Assembly (NCBI GenBank): GCA_012295275.1
Contig: CM022679.1
Location: 11,780,001 to 11,844,000 of the forward strand
Origin: Chrysomallon squamiferum
Lineage: Eukaryota > Animalia > Mollusca
Length of the DNA: 64,000 nt
Reading direction: 5' to 3'
Position numbers and translations under genes: made by a program. Below the pieces are notes generated by a model, which made no database searches, was not told the DNA's origin, and saw only the letters and a list, made by a program, of their open reading frames with translations. Positions 36,903 through 51,300 of the stretch are shown here, one piece after another (position 1 is the stretch's first letter; each line of letters starts with the position of its first letter).

Positions 36903-39900
36903 ATGGGGAGAAGTCAACATGGATTGTTTTTATTCTTGGTGTGTTTTTCCTATCCGGTATGTTTTCTTTTTTTCTTTTACTTTTTAAAAACTAATGCTAA
37001 TAAAAAAAAGTAATAGTTTATTGAAATGATAATGTATCTTCCTTTCTAAAAAAACCTATTGGAAATGTTAATACATGTTTGCCTCTTAAAGTTTTAATCA
37101 TTTATTCAGACTCTTTTATTTTATACCGTTTGTTATTTTTATTATCAACATTATTTACGCATAACTAATAATCTATCTGCTACAATGTGCAGCTTATTAA
37201 ACATTTTGCTTGGGTGTTTTTGTTGAAAAGTCTTCGAAATATTTGAAAATAATTCGATCCAAAAAGATAAAAACAAAAAAACAATAGTAAGATGCATATT
37301 AATAAATTAAAAAAGAAACAATTATTAGAAGAAAAACGAACTTTATCATTACAACAACATCTTCATGTATCTACTGAGGAGAAAAGGGAATTTACAAAGC
37401 GTTAGCTTCTGCATATATAATTACACATATTGTGAAGCAGATTTCTCTGAATTTTAAAATAGTAGTGTAAAACCAGGCAATGCCTCTTGAAGTCCCGCGC
37501 TGAAAACCAGACCAAAACCCCTCCATTTCTAATCAATTAATTAACATCTGGCAAAAGCTATAGACTGTACATAGTTACACATAATGTCATAGATAATACA
37601 CAGTGTGTGTAAATGATGGTATCTTAAAACTTAATACTAGTAATATCTAAACCTATTATACTAACAGTTAAAACGGAAATGATTTTGACTGCCTTATCGA
37701 GGTAGAAACGAGAAATGATTAAATATATGTAATTAAAATATAAACTTCTCAAAACAATACATTAAATTAACCGTAACATTGAATGGAATACAGTTTTGGA
37801 TATGGTATGTGAGTGAAATAAAGATGACTAATTCTAAAAGATTTGTTTTTGCTTTCTGTCAGCAAAGTTGCTTGGACTGCTGTGACAACCTTTTGACCAG
37901 CTGTCTGGCAGTTACCGATTAACTGGAATGATAGAAAAATGTTACCTTCTTTTAGAATGAAATAGTAAAAGAGTAATTGTGGCAGAAAATTATCTACTAG
38001 GGAGAGTTATTTTCACAGTTTAGAGATAAAATGGGTGTGATTTAGAAACATTCAAATTAGGTTTTTTTTTTCCTTTTTTTTTTTTTTTTTGACAAATACA
38101 GTTTAAAATTTCGGTAATAATATCAAGATTATCTCTGGAAACATTTACAAGATCTAGCGAAACAAATCTTTTTCTTTGTATTTTTTTGTTTCAGGGTGAC
38201 TGAAAGAACGTGTAGAGTTGCTACACAGCCAGTTTTTATGATGTTATGGTTTACCTTTCCATTGTATACTTTTAATCATTAATGTATCGTGTAATGTACC
38301 ACACCATGAAAAGGCAGATAAAAATATATTTGTAAAGAAAAATGATATCAGTAGGTCTGCGTGATGCTCTCAGTTTTCGTCGCGTGACCAGACTAGATTT
38401 TCTGTTTGTGTGCGTGAACTTGAAGTGAATAATTGCATAATAATAAGTATCAAGATAGCGATATTGTTGTCGCTGATGTTACATCATTAGTTTTAACAAT
38501 ATTTTTCAGTGTTATACCAAGAAAGGCAATATAGCTAATAATTTGTTTTTAAAGTTTTATATTTTTATTCTTTTCTTCTGTGACAGTAAAAAGTATACAA
38601 CACAACTACAGAGAAACAGTATTTCAATCAGTCGAATAACAGTTTACAAAATTCTTAAATAACTTTTATATTCTTCCAGATTATACCTTAATTAATAATA
38701 GCTTTTAATCTTTGCTAAGGATAAAGTATGACAATATAATAACAAGTTCGTTGGTATATATGTAGACTGAAATTATTCCTTTTTTATTGTGACAACCTTA
38801 CATATGTAGAAATGATTGAAACTGGTTATAATTTAACACAGCATATATTTAAGTACTTATTAATATTTTTAAACAAGCAGATAAACGATTTCATAAAATT
38901 ACATGTATAGATTTCATCGACTGTAGACTGTTATGACATCCAAAATCATATCTTTCTTAACATTTTTATCTTGTGCAAGTCAATTTTATACGCACATGTT
39001 ACTGTTACAGTACTTGCCTTACTTTTTACTATTAAAAACAGTTTTTACAGTTTTTATTATATTGTTACAGAATTCTTTTCAAACTGTTGTTCTCTGAGCC
39101 CTAAAGAATGTAATTCATATCCTGTCTTCTTGTAACATTTCTTCCTCTTGGTAGGTTTGTTTAAAAGAACTACTCTTAACCTTGCCGCCCCCCAAAACAT
39201 CCAAAAAAACCACCACAATCCCTTTGCGTGACTAACTTTAAATATTTTAATACTGTATTCCAGCTTTCTTTTAGGCTAAAACTTTTCATGTGAAATATCG
39301 TATTTCAGAGATACATGGCCCATCACTAAAAAAAAAAAAAAAATGAAAAGAAAAACTTTTTATTTGATATTTGATATTACATGACATCTATGCAGTAGAA
39401 TACTGAATCATTATTTCAGTAACAAACACTTAATACAACATATTTAAAATTACATAAATTAGCGAAGAATTTAATTTTGTGATGTTTTCTTTTTGTGATA
39501 CACCCTGTTATATATTCACTGAAGAAAAGAAGATTTAGTTCCCTAAATTAATTTTGAAAACGGGATCAAAGACTTAGTAACTACAAATCTTCTTTTTTCC
39601 TTTTTTTTTTGTTTTTTTTTTTTGTTATCTGTAATTCTGTAATTCTGTAGATATATAAATAGAAATGTAATTTCTTTATATTTTTTATTGCTAATTAGGA
39701 TACAAAAGTAAAAAGGGTTTTATTTAATGGAATTTTGGGGTCTGGCTCTAAGAATGGTCTGTTAGTAATCAGATAAAAAATATTAAAAGAATAAATCAAA
39801 TGAATACCTGAATAGCTATTAGTACAACCTTGTTTTTAGACCGCATTTGAACTTTGACCGCTCAGTGGTGAAGATTCATTGTACTTTTCCTTGTAAACAC

Positions 39901-40344
39901 CACCTTCACATCATCGCGAACAACAACAAATAAATAAATAAATAAATAATAATAATAAATGATAATAATAAACAAACAAACAAAACGAAACAACAACAAA
40001 AAATATTATAAATGAAATGATACTAATTCAATAATAAAAAAATAAAAAAATAATCTAAAAGAACAACAGTAACAACGACAACAAGAAGAACATACATACT
40101 TTCAATTGGTATAATAAATTTAAATACATGATTTCTTGTATTTTACATAAAATGTTCCAAATTACCCATGATGAAATTCAGTATCACTGTCACTTTCATT
40201 TTCAGTTACTGTCAGAGTCCATCGATGATATGCATTACACAAAACTCGGTGATCTAGCATTTGGATGTCAACAAGGTGAGTAGTTTTTGAAGTTTTGTCA
40301 TTATAAAATAATAATAATAATTATAATTATAATAATAATAATAA

Positions 40345-40375
<31 letters not shown>

Positions 40376-42324
40376 AAGAAGAAGAAAAAAAAAAAAAAAA
40401 TACGTTGGTTGACCTCACTTTTCTTTTTTGTTTTCTGCACACAAATATTTTATTGTCTTTCTAATGAAACTCACTGAACGTTAAATTCATCATAGAAATG
40501 GCGCCATTCTTGCAGTTCAGCACCTGTTACTGTTAGAAAGTTATAATTCATTTGAAAGAAAACAGGATCTATTACTAAAGTTAAGCATTGTAATTATACA
40601 ATAATTTTTAAATAAATTTATTTGCATAAGAAAATAAATAAAGAGTATAGTGTAGAATGTTGTCGTATGAAAGATTATTGTACTTGATGGTTCAACTATG
40701 GCGAAACAAAACCGATCAGCTCGAACAGTAAATAACAAAGATGTTGTATGTTTGTTTGTTTGTTTGTTTGTTTTTTTTTCTTTTTTTTTTTTTGTGTGTG
40801 TTTTTTGTTTCTGAAAAGATTTTATTCACTTTATTATTATTATTATTTTCCAGGTTGGAATTCTTACGAAACTAACTGTTATCGTCTTGTAAATTTTTCA
40901 ACGGATTTTGAAGAGGCAGAGAAAACATGTAAAAGGTCATTAATTTTGTATTTAAAATAAAACAAAAGAAAAAATCGTTCAAATTTGGTACTGCTGTGGT
41001 TTTCTGTATTTCCGTTCTTTTATATAATTACAAATAATCTTTAAAATCTTTAAATAATTCATTTTATATTTCAGCCTACAAGCAAATTCTTTAGGCATAG
41101 AAGATGACATTGAAAATCGGGAGATAGCACAATTTGCAAAATCGGTTTTCAGCTCCAGGTTTTGGAATGGACTGAAATTTTTAGGTATTATATATTTAAT
41201 TTTATCTTTGTTGCCTGTATAAAATATTCTTTACCTTGAATTTAAAATATTTAGGATAAACGATATAAAACATACTTTTTGTAAAAGCAGTGAATTTCTT
41301 CCTGAAATAAAGTGTCAAGGTGATGGTCTAAAAATCAAAAGACCCATCTCGAACATTTTATAGCACCAATGTTCAGGCAAATAATACCTGAATCGCCAAT
41401 GTTGAATATAACTTATATATATATATATGTATGGTCGAGTCATATGTCTATTTGAATTTTTTTTTCGATGAATAACATTTTTTATAATTAATGGATTTTT
41501 GGGTTGTTTGTTTTTATACAAGATATCATAACACCTCCAAAACATGTCTGTTTATTACGTTTTAATTTGTATACAAGAAAAATTAAAGTAAACGTGGACA
41601 TTAAGTTCACATTGCTAAATGAACAAATATTGGTATATTTCGTTATTAAATCGATGAAAATTTATGAAAGTTATGCAAAGCCATAATTATTCTTGTATCG
41701 CGATGTAATTAATCACTTGATATACAATAATGCAGTAGATTTCTTAATAACGTTTTTGATATCAATTTGTTTTTTTTTTTAAATTAAGTGGATTGATAAG
41801 TATTGCTCATTCGGTGATATTAATTAATAAGGTCGTGGCTTCTTTTTTCCTCCATTGTTTACTTAATATTTTATTAATTTTACTGAAAATACATCATAAA
41901 TAGTAATGCTGTTCCATGTAGTGCATAGAATTTAATAAAAACAGGTTAGATCTAGACTGTTTTGCATTTATTGTCTTTTTTTTATTTTATTTCTACAATT
42001 ATTTTGTGGTAATTTTTTTCTTTGATAAACGACACACAATTAAATTACATTGAGCATTTCTGCAATGGCATTTTCAATACTTTAATGAAAACCATTAAAT
42101 TTAAAGTCTAACTTCAGCGGTAGTAATAAATGGCCTGAAAAAAATCTTTTTATTTCCAAATGATTATTTCGTTGTTTTCACCGCTCATTTCCTTTGTAAA
42201 TAGGATCGTGATGGTATCGCGTACGTTGCGAAATATTTATATTGTTTTTTTTTTTTTTTTTTTTTCTGAGAGCTCTAGAAATTAAAAAAAACGTTGAAGC
42301 AAATTAGATATGATGAAGTCAGAA

Positions 42325-42372
<48 letters not shown>

Positions 42373-45300
42373 TATGAAATCTCTACAAAAGAAACAAGAA
42401 CAAAACAATATGAAACGATCTTTCCGAAAACTTGGTGAGGTTTTCCGAAAGCCAACGTAACTTACGAGGAAATAAAATTATGTCGTCTGTCTTTTTTCCG
42501 TAGTTAGAAATTATTAATATTATAATGATTCGTATAAACATTGGAAACAACGTCTTTCCTTTCAGCCAGTCTTATAAAATGCTACTTGCCTTACTAGTTT
42601 ATAATAATGATCATAATTATATAATAATTAATACAAATACATAATAAACATGGGCCATTTCATAAAATTTTATTGTAGTTTGCCAAATAGAATATTGAAA
42701 CTTTTGAGGTACGATAACTCATTGTTTATAATGGTTTGTTTTCTTTTCTTCGTCGGCTTTTTTTTTTTTTTTTTTTATATACATGTGTGTATGTATATTC
42801 AATTTCTTCCTCAGATTCAACCAAGTGTGAAGGTATCTGGGATAATAACCAGCCTCCTCTTGACACTGAAAATGGATCTTGTGTGTCTGTTGGTCTAAAT
42901 GGTCTATGGAAGGTTTCAAACTGTCAAGAATTATTGCCCTTTGTTTGTAAAAAACCAGCGTGTATCAATGGTTAGTATTAGTATTGGTTACTATGTCATC
43001 TTGTAAAGAAATATATTAATTATATTTTCTTCAAATATTTTAAACAAATATCAGATATAACTTTTGATTAATTAATTTTTAATTTAGTTAAACAAAAGCA
43101 AGAATTTCTTTTTTTCTTGTTCATTTTTCTTTTAGTTTTTATAAATGATCAAACTTTGAAACAGAAAAAATATGCCAAGACCTAATTTTAAGTGTAATAA
43201 TATTAAGTGTACTTTTTTAAGTTGGTAAAATTTTAGAATGTTTTAAAATGTACTTTTGTTGTTACTTATAAATGCATATATGTATATTCTAAACATTTTC
43301 AAGTTTTTGTTTAAATATTTATGACTATCAGTATGACATCCAAATTTCTTTTATCACTGAATTATAAGAACGTTATTTTTCATGAAATCATGATGTGTTT
43401 TATAATCTAAAACTGATCAGTAGTTTATTTCTTTATATTTATATCAGAAAACAATTTTTAAATTTAGCAAAAATGTACAATCAACAATCATTCAATTTCT
43501 CCCAATTATGTTGAAACTGTAATTATTATTAAATTTAATTTTTGTTTAAGGAACATCTGACTGTGGCTATGGGAAGTGTATTAACACCAAGTGGTTTTGT
43601 GATGGAATAAATGATTGTTCCAACAACTTTGATGAAATGAATTGTGGTAAGTCTTTAATGTATTCAGAAAAAGAAAAAAAAAAAAAACCAATTACGTTTT
43701 TATTTATTTTTTATTTTAAAATAAGCTGTGAATAAAGTAGTACATATGGATTTTTAAATGCTGTTTTTACAAATAGTTTATAGGTATATGTGCATTTGTG
43801 TTTGTGGAATATTAACTTATAAAAATGTGTTTGTAGAAGACAGATGCTCCTACTATAAATTTGATGCATCAGGAAATTTCACCCAGGGTGCTTACAAAGC
43901 TAATGCTGATTGCTTTTGGACAATTGAGAGTCCAGTGGGAACCCAGCTACAGTTGACAGTAAATAAATTTAATTTTTATATAAATTTATACTTGATTGTT
44001 TATCAGCTTTATGATAATTTTACAAATATAAACATTTCAGAATTATACACTTTTAAAAAAAAATATTTACAGCTTATCCTTCATTAATACATAGACCAAA
44101 TTTAAACACAAGACAATTTTATAATTTTTTAACAAATAGTAAAATACTTAAAACACTCATGATTTATACAGATTTATACATTGATTAATTAATTAAATCA
44201 TTTTTAATTCCAACTTGTCCAATAGAGTATAAAATACCACAACAGGGACATCCTTTTTGCAGATAAAACTTATTTTTTTCAATTATTAGTTCACTGAAAT
44301 AAAAACAGAAAAGGATCGTGATATCATTGAAGTGTGGGGAGGCTCGAGGTCACTTGAAGACAGTATTCAGTTGACAACTTTGTCAGGTGTATCTGATAAT
44401 AAAGTTGTGTATAGCATCAACAACTTTGCTATCATCAGATTCAGATCAGATGCAACTAATGAATCAAGTGGCTTTGTGGTGGAATGGAAATCAGGTATTC
44501 TGGGTGCAGGAAGATGCTAATAGTTTACTGTTAAATTTACCTATTTTCATGAAGCAATTTAAAAAAAAAAAGCTTTGAAGATATTTTTGTGTTTTCTGAA
44601 TTAGAACTGTACTTCTATTCACTCAGCAGTTTGTTATTCATTATTGTGAAGGGAACTGAACACATATATACAATAATTAAAATAGTTTATTGAAATATTG
44701 TTTATGTACATTGTTATTTAATTATAAGATAAAATAACATTCATTATTACTTCCATTTTTTATTGTTTTATAATGTGAGTTCATTATTACTTTATCTATC
44801 ACTTTTAAGTTAGTTATTAAACAAATTATTAGGAAAAAATTGTAGAAACATTTGGATTTGTTAATAATAGAAGCATATATGTGAAGTATAGAAAAGATAT
44901 TGTTTTCCATAAGTAACTGTTTTCCCTTTTGTTTAAATAGTTAGTCTGTCAGATTTTTTTCATATTCATATTAAACTGAAATAATTATATAATACCACTC
45001 AACAAACAAAGTAATTTTAGAATTTTGTTCTAGTAAATTAGTGGCAATCTGTTATCTAAACTGATATTGTCAAAAATTTCCGAGCTATTTTGCAATAACT
45101 GATAATCCTATTTCTTAACTGCAGATGTTCCAGAACTGTCAAAAACTGTTGAAACTATCAGTGTATCAGATAATTGGCTAAATCTGACATCACCATTTTA
45201 TCCTGAAACACCACCTTATGCATTTTCTCGGAAGTGGCTAATCACAACAGAAGTTGGTTCCATTCTAACATTTGAGGTAAGGATGGGGAGGTAATTACTT

Positions 45301-48300
45301 GTAGAAGCTTTCTCACTGAGAAAATGTTAATTTATAAATAACAGTAAGATAATGTTGCAATTTTCTTATTATAGAATTATTAATATATGAAAACTATCTC
45401 CAGTTTCTTGGATAAGAAGTAAAATATTATTAAATAAATGAGGAAGAAAAATAGTATTCAATATAAGAAGCATTAAATTGTTGGTTGTTCAATATAAAAG
45501 AAAACCTGATATGAAGAGAAAATTACTATATTTTTACTTGCATTCTAATGAGTACTTAGGACATAACAACTGTTGTGAAATCAGTTTATTCCACTGCAGT
45601 TTTCTTGCAGAGGAAAAAACAACAAGAAGAAACCTGTATTTCAAGACTAGCTTTATTTAACCATAAATTAAAATAATTTATAGCAAAATATTTTAAATTT
45701 TTAAAAAAATACCTGTAATGTATAGGTCCTCAGTAGGTCTTCAGGGGTCTTTAAGAAAATATACATCTATAATTTTATTTTATTAGGTTGTTGAGATTGA
45801 CTTGCAGACAGATTGGGAACTGTCCATTTATGATGGAGACTACACTGAAAGCCCAATCATTATAACTAAGTCATCAGATCTGAGGACACCTGCTATTTAC
45901 ATTTCAACAGGAAACAAAATGACAATAAATTTAAAGGGAAAGAAAATAGAATCTGGAAAAGGAATCAGTATGAGGACAAAAAGGGGCATGTATTTGTTGA
46001 CACATATTTATTTCTCATGGCCCAAAAAATGAAAACACTGATATTAGTTTTTACATTAGAATGAATATACTGCTTTGTAAACTTAATAAATTTTATAGCA
46101 TTCTGTGAACCTTGTTGTTTGCCTGTATTACTTGTTTTTTGGTGTGTGTTTTTTTAGATGTTATAAAATGCAGTAAAAAACATCATATTAACAATTCATT
46201 TCTTTCCTTTTGGTGAAAATTTTTAACATATGCTCAGCATTATTTGTAATATATATCTATAATGTATTAAACATATTTTGTTGTTTACTTGCAATAATTA
46301 TTTTCAGGGTGTGACATCCAAATACAACAACATTCAGGTGAAATATACTCTCCTGGTTTTCTCAAAAATAAATATCCATCATCCATTGGTTGCTCATGGA
46401 CTGTGAATGCACCAGAATCTGACAAACGACCTATTCTGCTAAAACTGATTGAATTCTCTCTTACTGACACAAAAGATGTAGTTAAGGTATTCAGAGAACA
46501 AATATAAAGAATTATATGTTTTTATTGTTCTAAGTACATTAGTATTATTAGATAATGTTACATTAGGATTTTTATTTTTGAAATTTGGAACTGTCAGTAA
46601 TGTATCTTGAAGATAAATTATAATTAATAATCTTCTCAAAATATTTTGTCAGATAATCTTCTTTTTGTTCTTAAGTTGAATATTTTATCAGAAAATCAAC
46701 CAACAGTTTATTTATTGTTGCAGATATACAATGGAACTGATGCGATGTCTGTTCCTATTCATGAAGGTGCAGGATTTACAGGATCTTTAACAAATGACAA
46801 AATATCAGTTTCTGGTGGTGATTCTATTTATTTGACTTTTACTTCAAGTCTTATTAAATCTGATGGGCGCTTTAAGATTGAATTTTCAATTGGTAAGCTA
46901 TCTTTTTATCTTGAATTGAAAATTGTAGACATTTGAATAATTTTTCATCTTTCTTCTTTTTTATAAAATCATGATATTATTTTAGACAGAATAATAAGAA
47001 GTTGAAATTATATTAATTCCTTTATTAAAATGTTCAAGACTAAGAGGTAACCAATATATCAAAGAAGGAGAGAAAATGGAATTTAATGTATTTATGATGA
47101 CTTTAAAAATTAAAATATTAGATCTAAGATAATGTAATCATAAATTACATATTTGTTTTTAATGTTTGGCCACATTCATTGTTTTTCATATTTTTTATTG
47201 GTAATTTTACCTTTTTTTTTTTTTTTTTAATCAATAGTCTTTATCTCAGTACTGGGAATTTTTTCATGTAGTAAAATATTTTGTAATGAGGAACAATGAG
47301 CCTTTTGCTATTGTTTTGTAAATTTACTACTGATAAGTTTGAAATATACTCAGTGATTTGTGCCATGCAATGTACCTTTTGCTTTAAATGACTAATTTTC
47401 ACAAACTGTGTTTCTAATAGTTATACAAAAACTGTATTTTGTCATTACAAAAAGTTACATTCAGCTTGTTCTGCAATACATTTATTTTATTTTGTTAGGC
47501 TGTGAAGATATACCAACCTCTCCAAATATGACCTTATCATCTGATTTAAAAATGTATGACTCACAAGTGACAGTGAGTTGTGATAATGGATACTCATTTA
47601 AACAAGAAGAACTGTATCTAAAGGAACCTTTGTTATTAAGTTGTCTAAAAGGAGGGAAATGGAATGTTACTAGATACCCTTCTTGTGGAAGTAAATTATT
47701 ATTCTTTTTTGTTTTATGAATCTGTATGCAATCTATCTATCCACACACACAACTGATATGAAAGTATTTAATTTAAATATGTACACAAAATGATTAATAT
47801 ATCTTCTTTTCTGCTTTTTCATATGTTCCATCATTTATTATTAAAAAATAGAAGAAAATAAAATAAATAAAAATATATAAATAAACAAATAAATGAAAAA
47901 TCTAATAATAATGATAATGAAAAGAAAAAAAAGGTCTGTGAAGGTTACTGTTTATCTTTTTGTTTTTCCTTTCAGTCATTTATTGTGGAGTTCCCAAAGC
48001 AATAGATAATGGATATATTGCCAACAATAACAGTGAACCTGTTACATTTGGAGCAGAGACTGTATATAAATGTTATGATGGTTTTCAGATGGAAGGTTCT
48101 CCAAACGTGACCTGTCTTAACAATGGGACATGGAGCACTCCACCACAATGCAAAAGTAAGTGTTACTTATAAAAGTCAAAAGAATTACACCATTGCACAA
48201 AATTGTTTGTAAATGTAAATGTATTTGCATGTTCATCATGTCATACAGTATGTTATGATAAGCTGTTAGACACATCACAAAAAAGAAGTATATTTTGATT

Positions 48301-51300
48301 ATTGACTAAATTATGACAATCTGACCAATCCTGAGTCAGTTTTCTTGCTAGATTTGATACCTCTAGGTCATATTATTTGTAATAGTTTGAATGTGATTAG
48401 GAATTCTCTTCTCACTGCATGCATTTTTCATCTTGAATAAAGCACATTTCTGATTCCAAGATGGCTTGTTGAACAGAATTTGATATCTTTTATTCAGATA
48501 ATTTATGTATGATCCTTTATTTATTCAGTTGCCTCAGTGTTAAAAATGGTTTTGAATTTAAAGAGTATTTTTATTTAATATTCTTTGTTTTAACCAATTT
48601 ATTGGGGTTTTTTTTTTTACCATTTTATTTTGCATTCTACATTATTACATGAATCAACATATTAAAATTAAGAACAAATGCCGACAACAGATTTTCAAAA
48701 TATTGATAAATAAAATTTTAATTTTGTTTGTAATTTTGCAGCATCCAGCTGTGGAAATCCACCTGATGTTGTAAATGCCCAAAAGACAGTTGTTACAGGA
48801 AATGGTAATTCAGCAGGAAGCATTGTGAATTACACATGCAATCCTGGGTATGACTTACGAGGTCCTCTACAGATTCTTTGTAGATCTGATGGAAACTGGT
48901 CTCATGTTCCTCCAGAATGTACAAGTAAGTTGATTTTACTTATTACATTAGTCATCTTTTACTGGGCTGTTTTAATACTAAAGAATATGAAATCAAAGCA
49001 TAATCATAAATTAGTAAGTAACTGTATTTTTTAAAATAATAAAGTTCTTAAGTAGTAATAGAAATTGTATCTTTTATGATATATTTTACAAGTTTCCTCA
49101 ACAACAGAAATTACATCCACATCTGAAACATAAATGAATATGTTGCAAAAAAAACATATAAATATATTTTTGATAAATTCTTTTTCCTCTATGAAATCTT
49201 TTAAAAATTTCTAGCATCAGAATAAAATATAATTTTTCATTTTAGAAATTTTATGTCCGTTGCCAAAAATCAGGTATGGTGATTTTTCTGCAAATGAGCC
49301 TGTTTCATTTGGTGACTCTGTTACACTGACTTGTCAAAATGGTTATTTGATAAGCAACAAAACATCAAACACAGCAGTTCTACAGTGTCTGGATTCAGGA
49401 CAGATCGAGGAGTCGTCTTGTGAAGGTATATAATACAGTAATAATACTGTTGTTATTGTAAACTGGATTAATGTTGCCACATACATTTTAGTTATTGGAG
49501 ACATAATCTAGGTTATTTTGTGCACAGAAGAATAAAATATTAATCTAATAAACTTAAGATAATAAAAGACCAGTTATTCATTGTTTGTACACTTATTGAG
49601 AAACTGCAATGTTCATAATGCAATATTTCCTGTTACATGACCCTTTCTGAGTAAAGAAGTTCTGAATTTGATAAGATACCAATTAACATTATTTAATAGC
49701 CAAACAGTAAATGTAATTGCAGTTGTTTGAATTTGTTCACCTTGTAAAATAAAGGGGAAGAAAAAAAAGACATCTAACCAAATTTTCATACTCTTATCAA
49801 GTGATGGTTATTTAATATTATTCTGAATTTTTCTGGATACTGATATAGTGCAATTCCATGATACATAAAGACAAGAAAAACAAACGTTTATTAGGATATA
49901 TAAAATAGAGAGATTACATAACAGCCTGCAACCTTGCATCTAATTTTTGTGACTTGATACAGGATGCAAGTTTGGTTGAAGATGTATACCTAAATTTGAA
50001 ACAAAACAATTAAAACAAAAATAACAAATCAAGACTGAACTAAAGTCAATGATTTTAAAAACATATCTTAGTTTCCTTCAGAAAAAGAATTCTGTAAGTT
50101 CTCACAATGTCATTTATAATCTAATTCATTCTGACAGTCCATTACATTAGAAAATAACAGATAGTAAAACCAATAATACATAGTTTTCTGATCCATTCTA
50201 TCTTCAGAAATATTTAGGTTTACAGTTAAGCTATTATTATTGTTATGTGTATTTACTTACACATGTAGCTGTATATATATATATATATATTTTTTTTTCT
50301 TTTTACCAGGTATGTAAAACCAAATGCAGACTGAAAAAGAACCATTTCCCATTACTGAATGAGAGATTTATCCCCTCAAGAAATCTGTAAAATATGCAGA
50401 TTGCATCCCTCACATTTATCAAATCTTTTAAAAAACAAAATTGATTTTAGTTTTATAATTTGAAACTGTTTATAATCTGATTGAGTTAACTATTCTAGAT
50501 TTATTAATAATTTTTGTTGATGTTACTATGAATATTTGTTAACCCTTAAAAATGTATTTATTATTAACAGGATTAACTGAAGCAAAAATCTCAATTTAAA
50601 TTATAATTTTTATTGCATTTATAACTGTTTTAAATATTTATTTTATATAGATAAAGATGAATGTTCAAATGATGAAGATAACTGTTCAAAAGATTCTGAA
50701 TATTGTGTGAACACAGTGGGATCATTTCAGTGTAATTGTAAAGATGGTTATATGAAAAATGATAATACTTGTAATGGTAAGTACTTATTGGTGAGTGAAT
50801 CTGTGGTCTATACAAAAAATGTATTAATAGACATTACATAAATAACTTTTATTTAATTTGTAAATTATAAAAAATAAATAATTTGAAAAACAATTTAAAT
50901 AAATAATTAAATTATTTAACCTGAAATTTAACTGAAAATTAAAGTTGCACCTGATGGATGCAAAGTCATTTAAGGAGAAACAGTATCTTGTTGTCATCAA
51001 TAATATTTATGTAAAATGTGTGTTCATGTTTGAAATTTGTGGCAGTAAGAACACCACAACAGCTTTTACACAATCTGAACCAAATTTTAACATGAAGATT
51101 TAAAATTAATTATTAAATTCATTTCTTTCTATAATTTAATAGATGTTTTTCTTTGACTTTAACTTAAAATTATATAAAATAAAAGTTTTTGATTTAACCC
51201 TTACAATTTTGCATTTTTTTGTAATACCTTTTTAATTTGGGTAATCCAGAACTTGAACATTTGAGTTTTTTCTTCTTAATTAGAGAGAATCAGAATTTTC

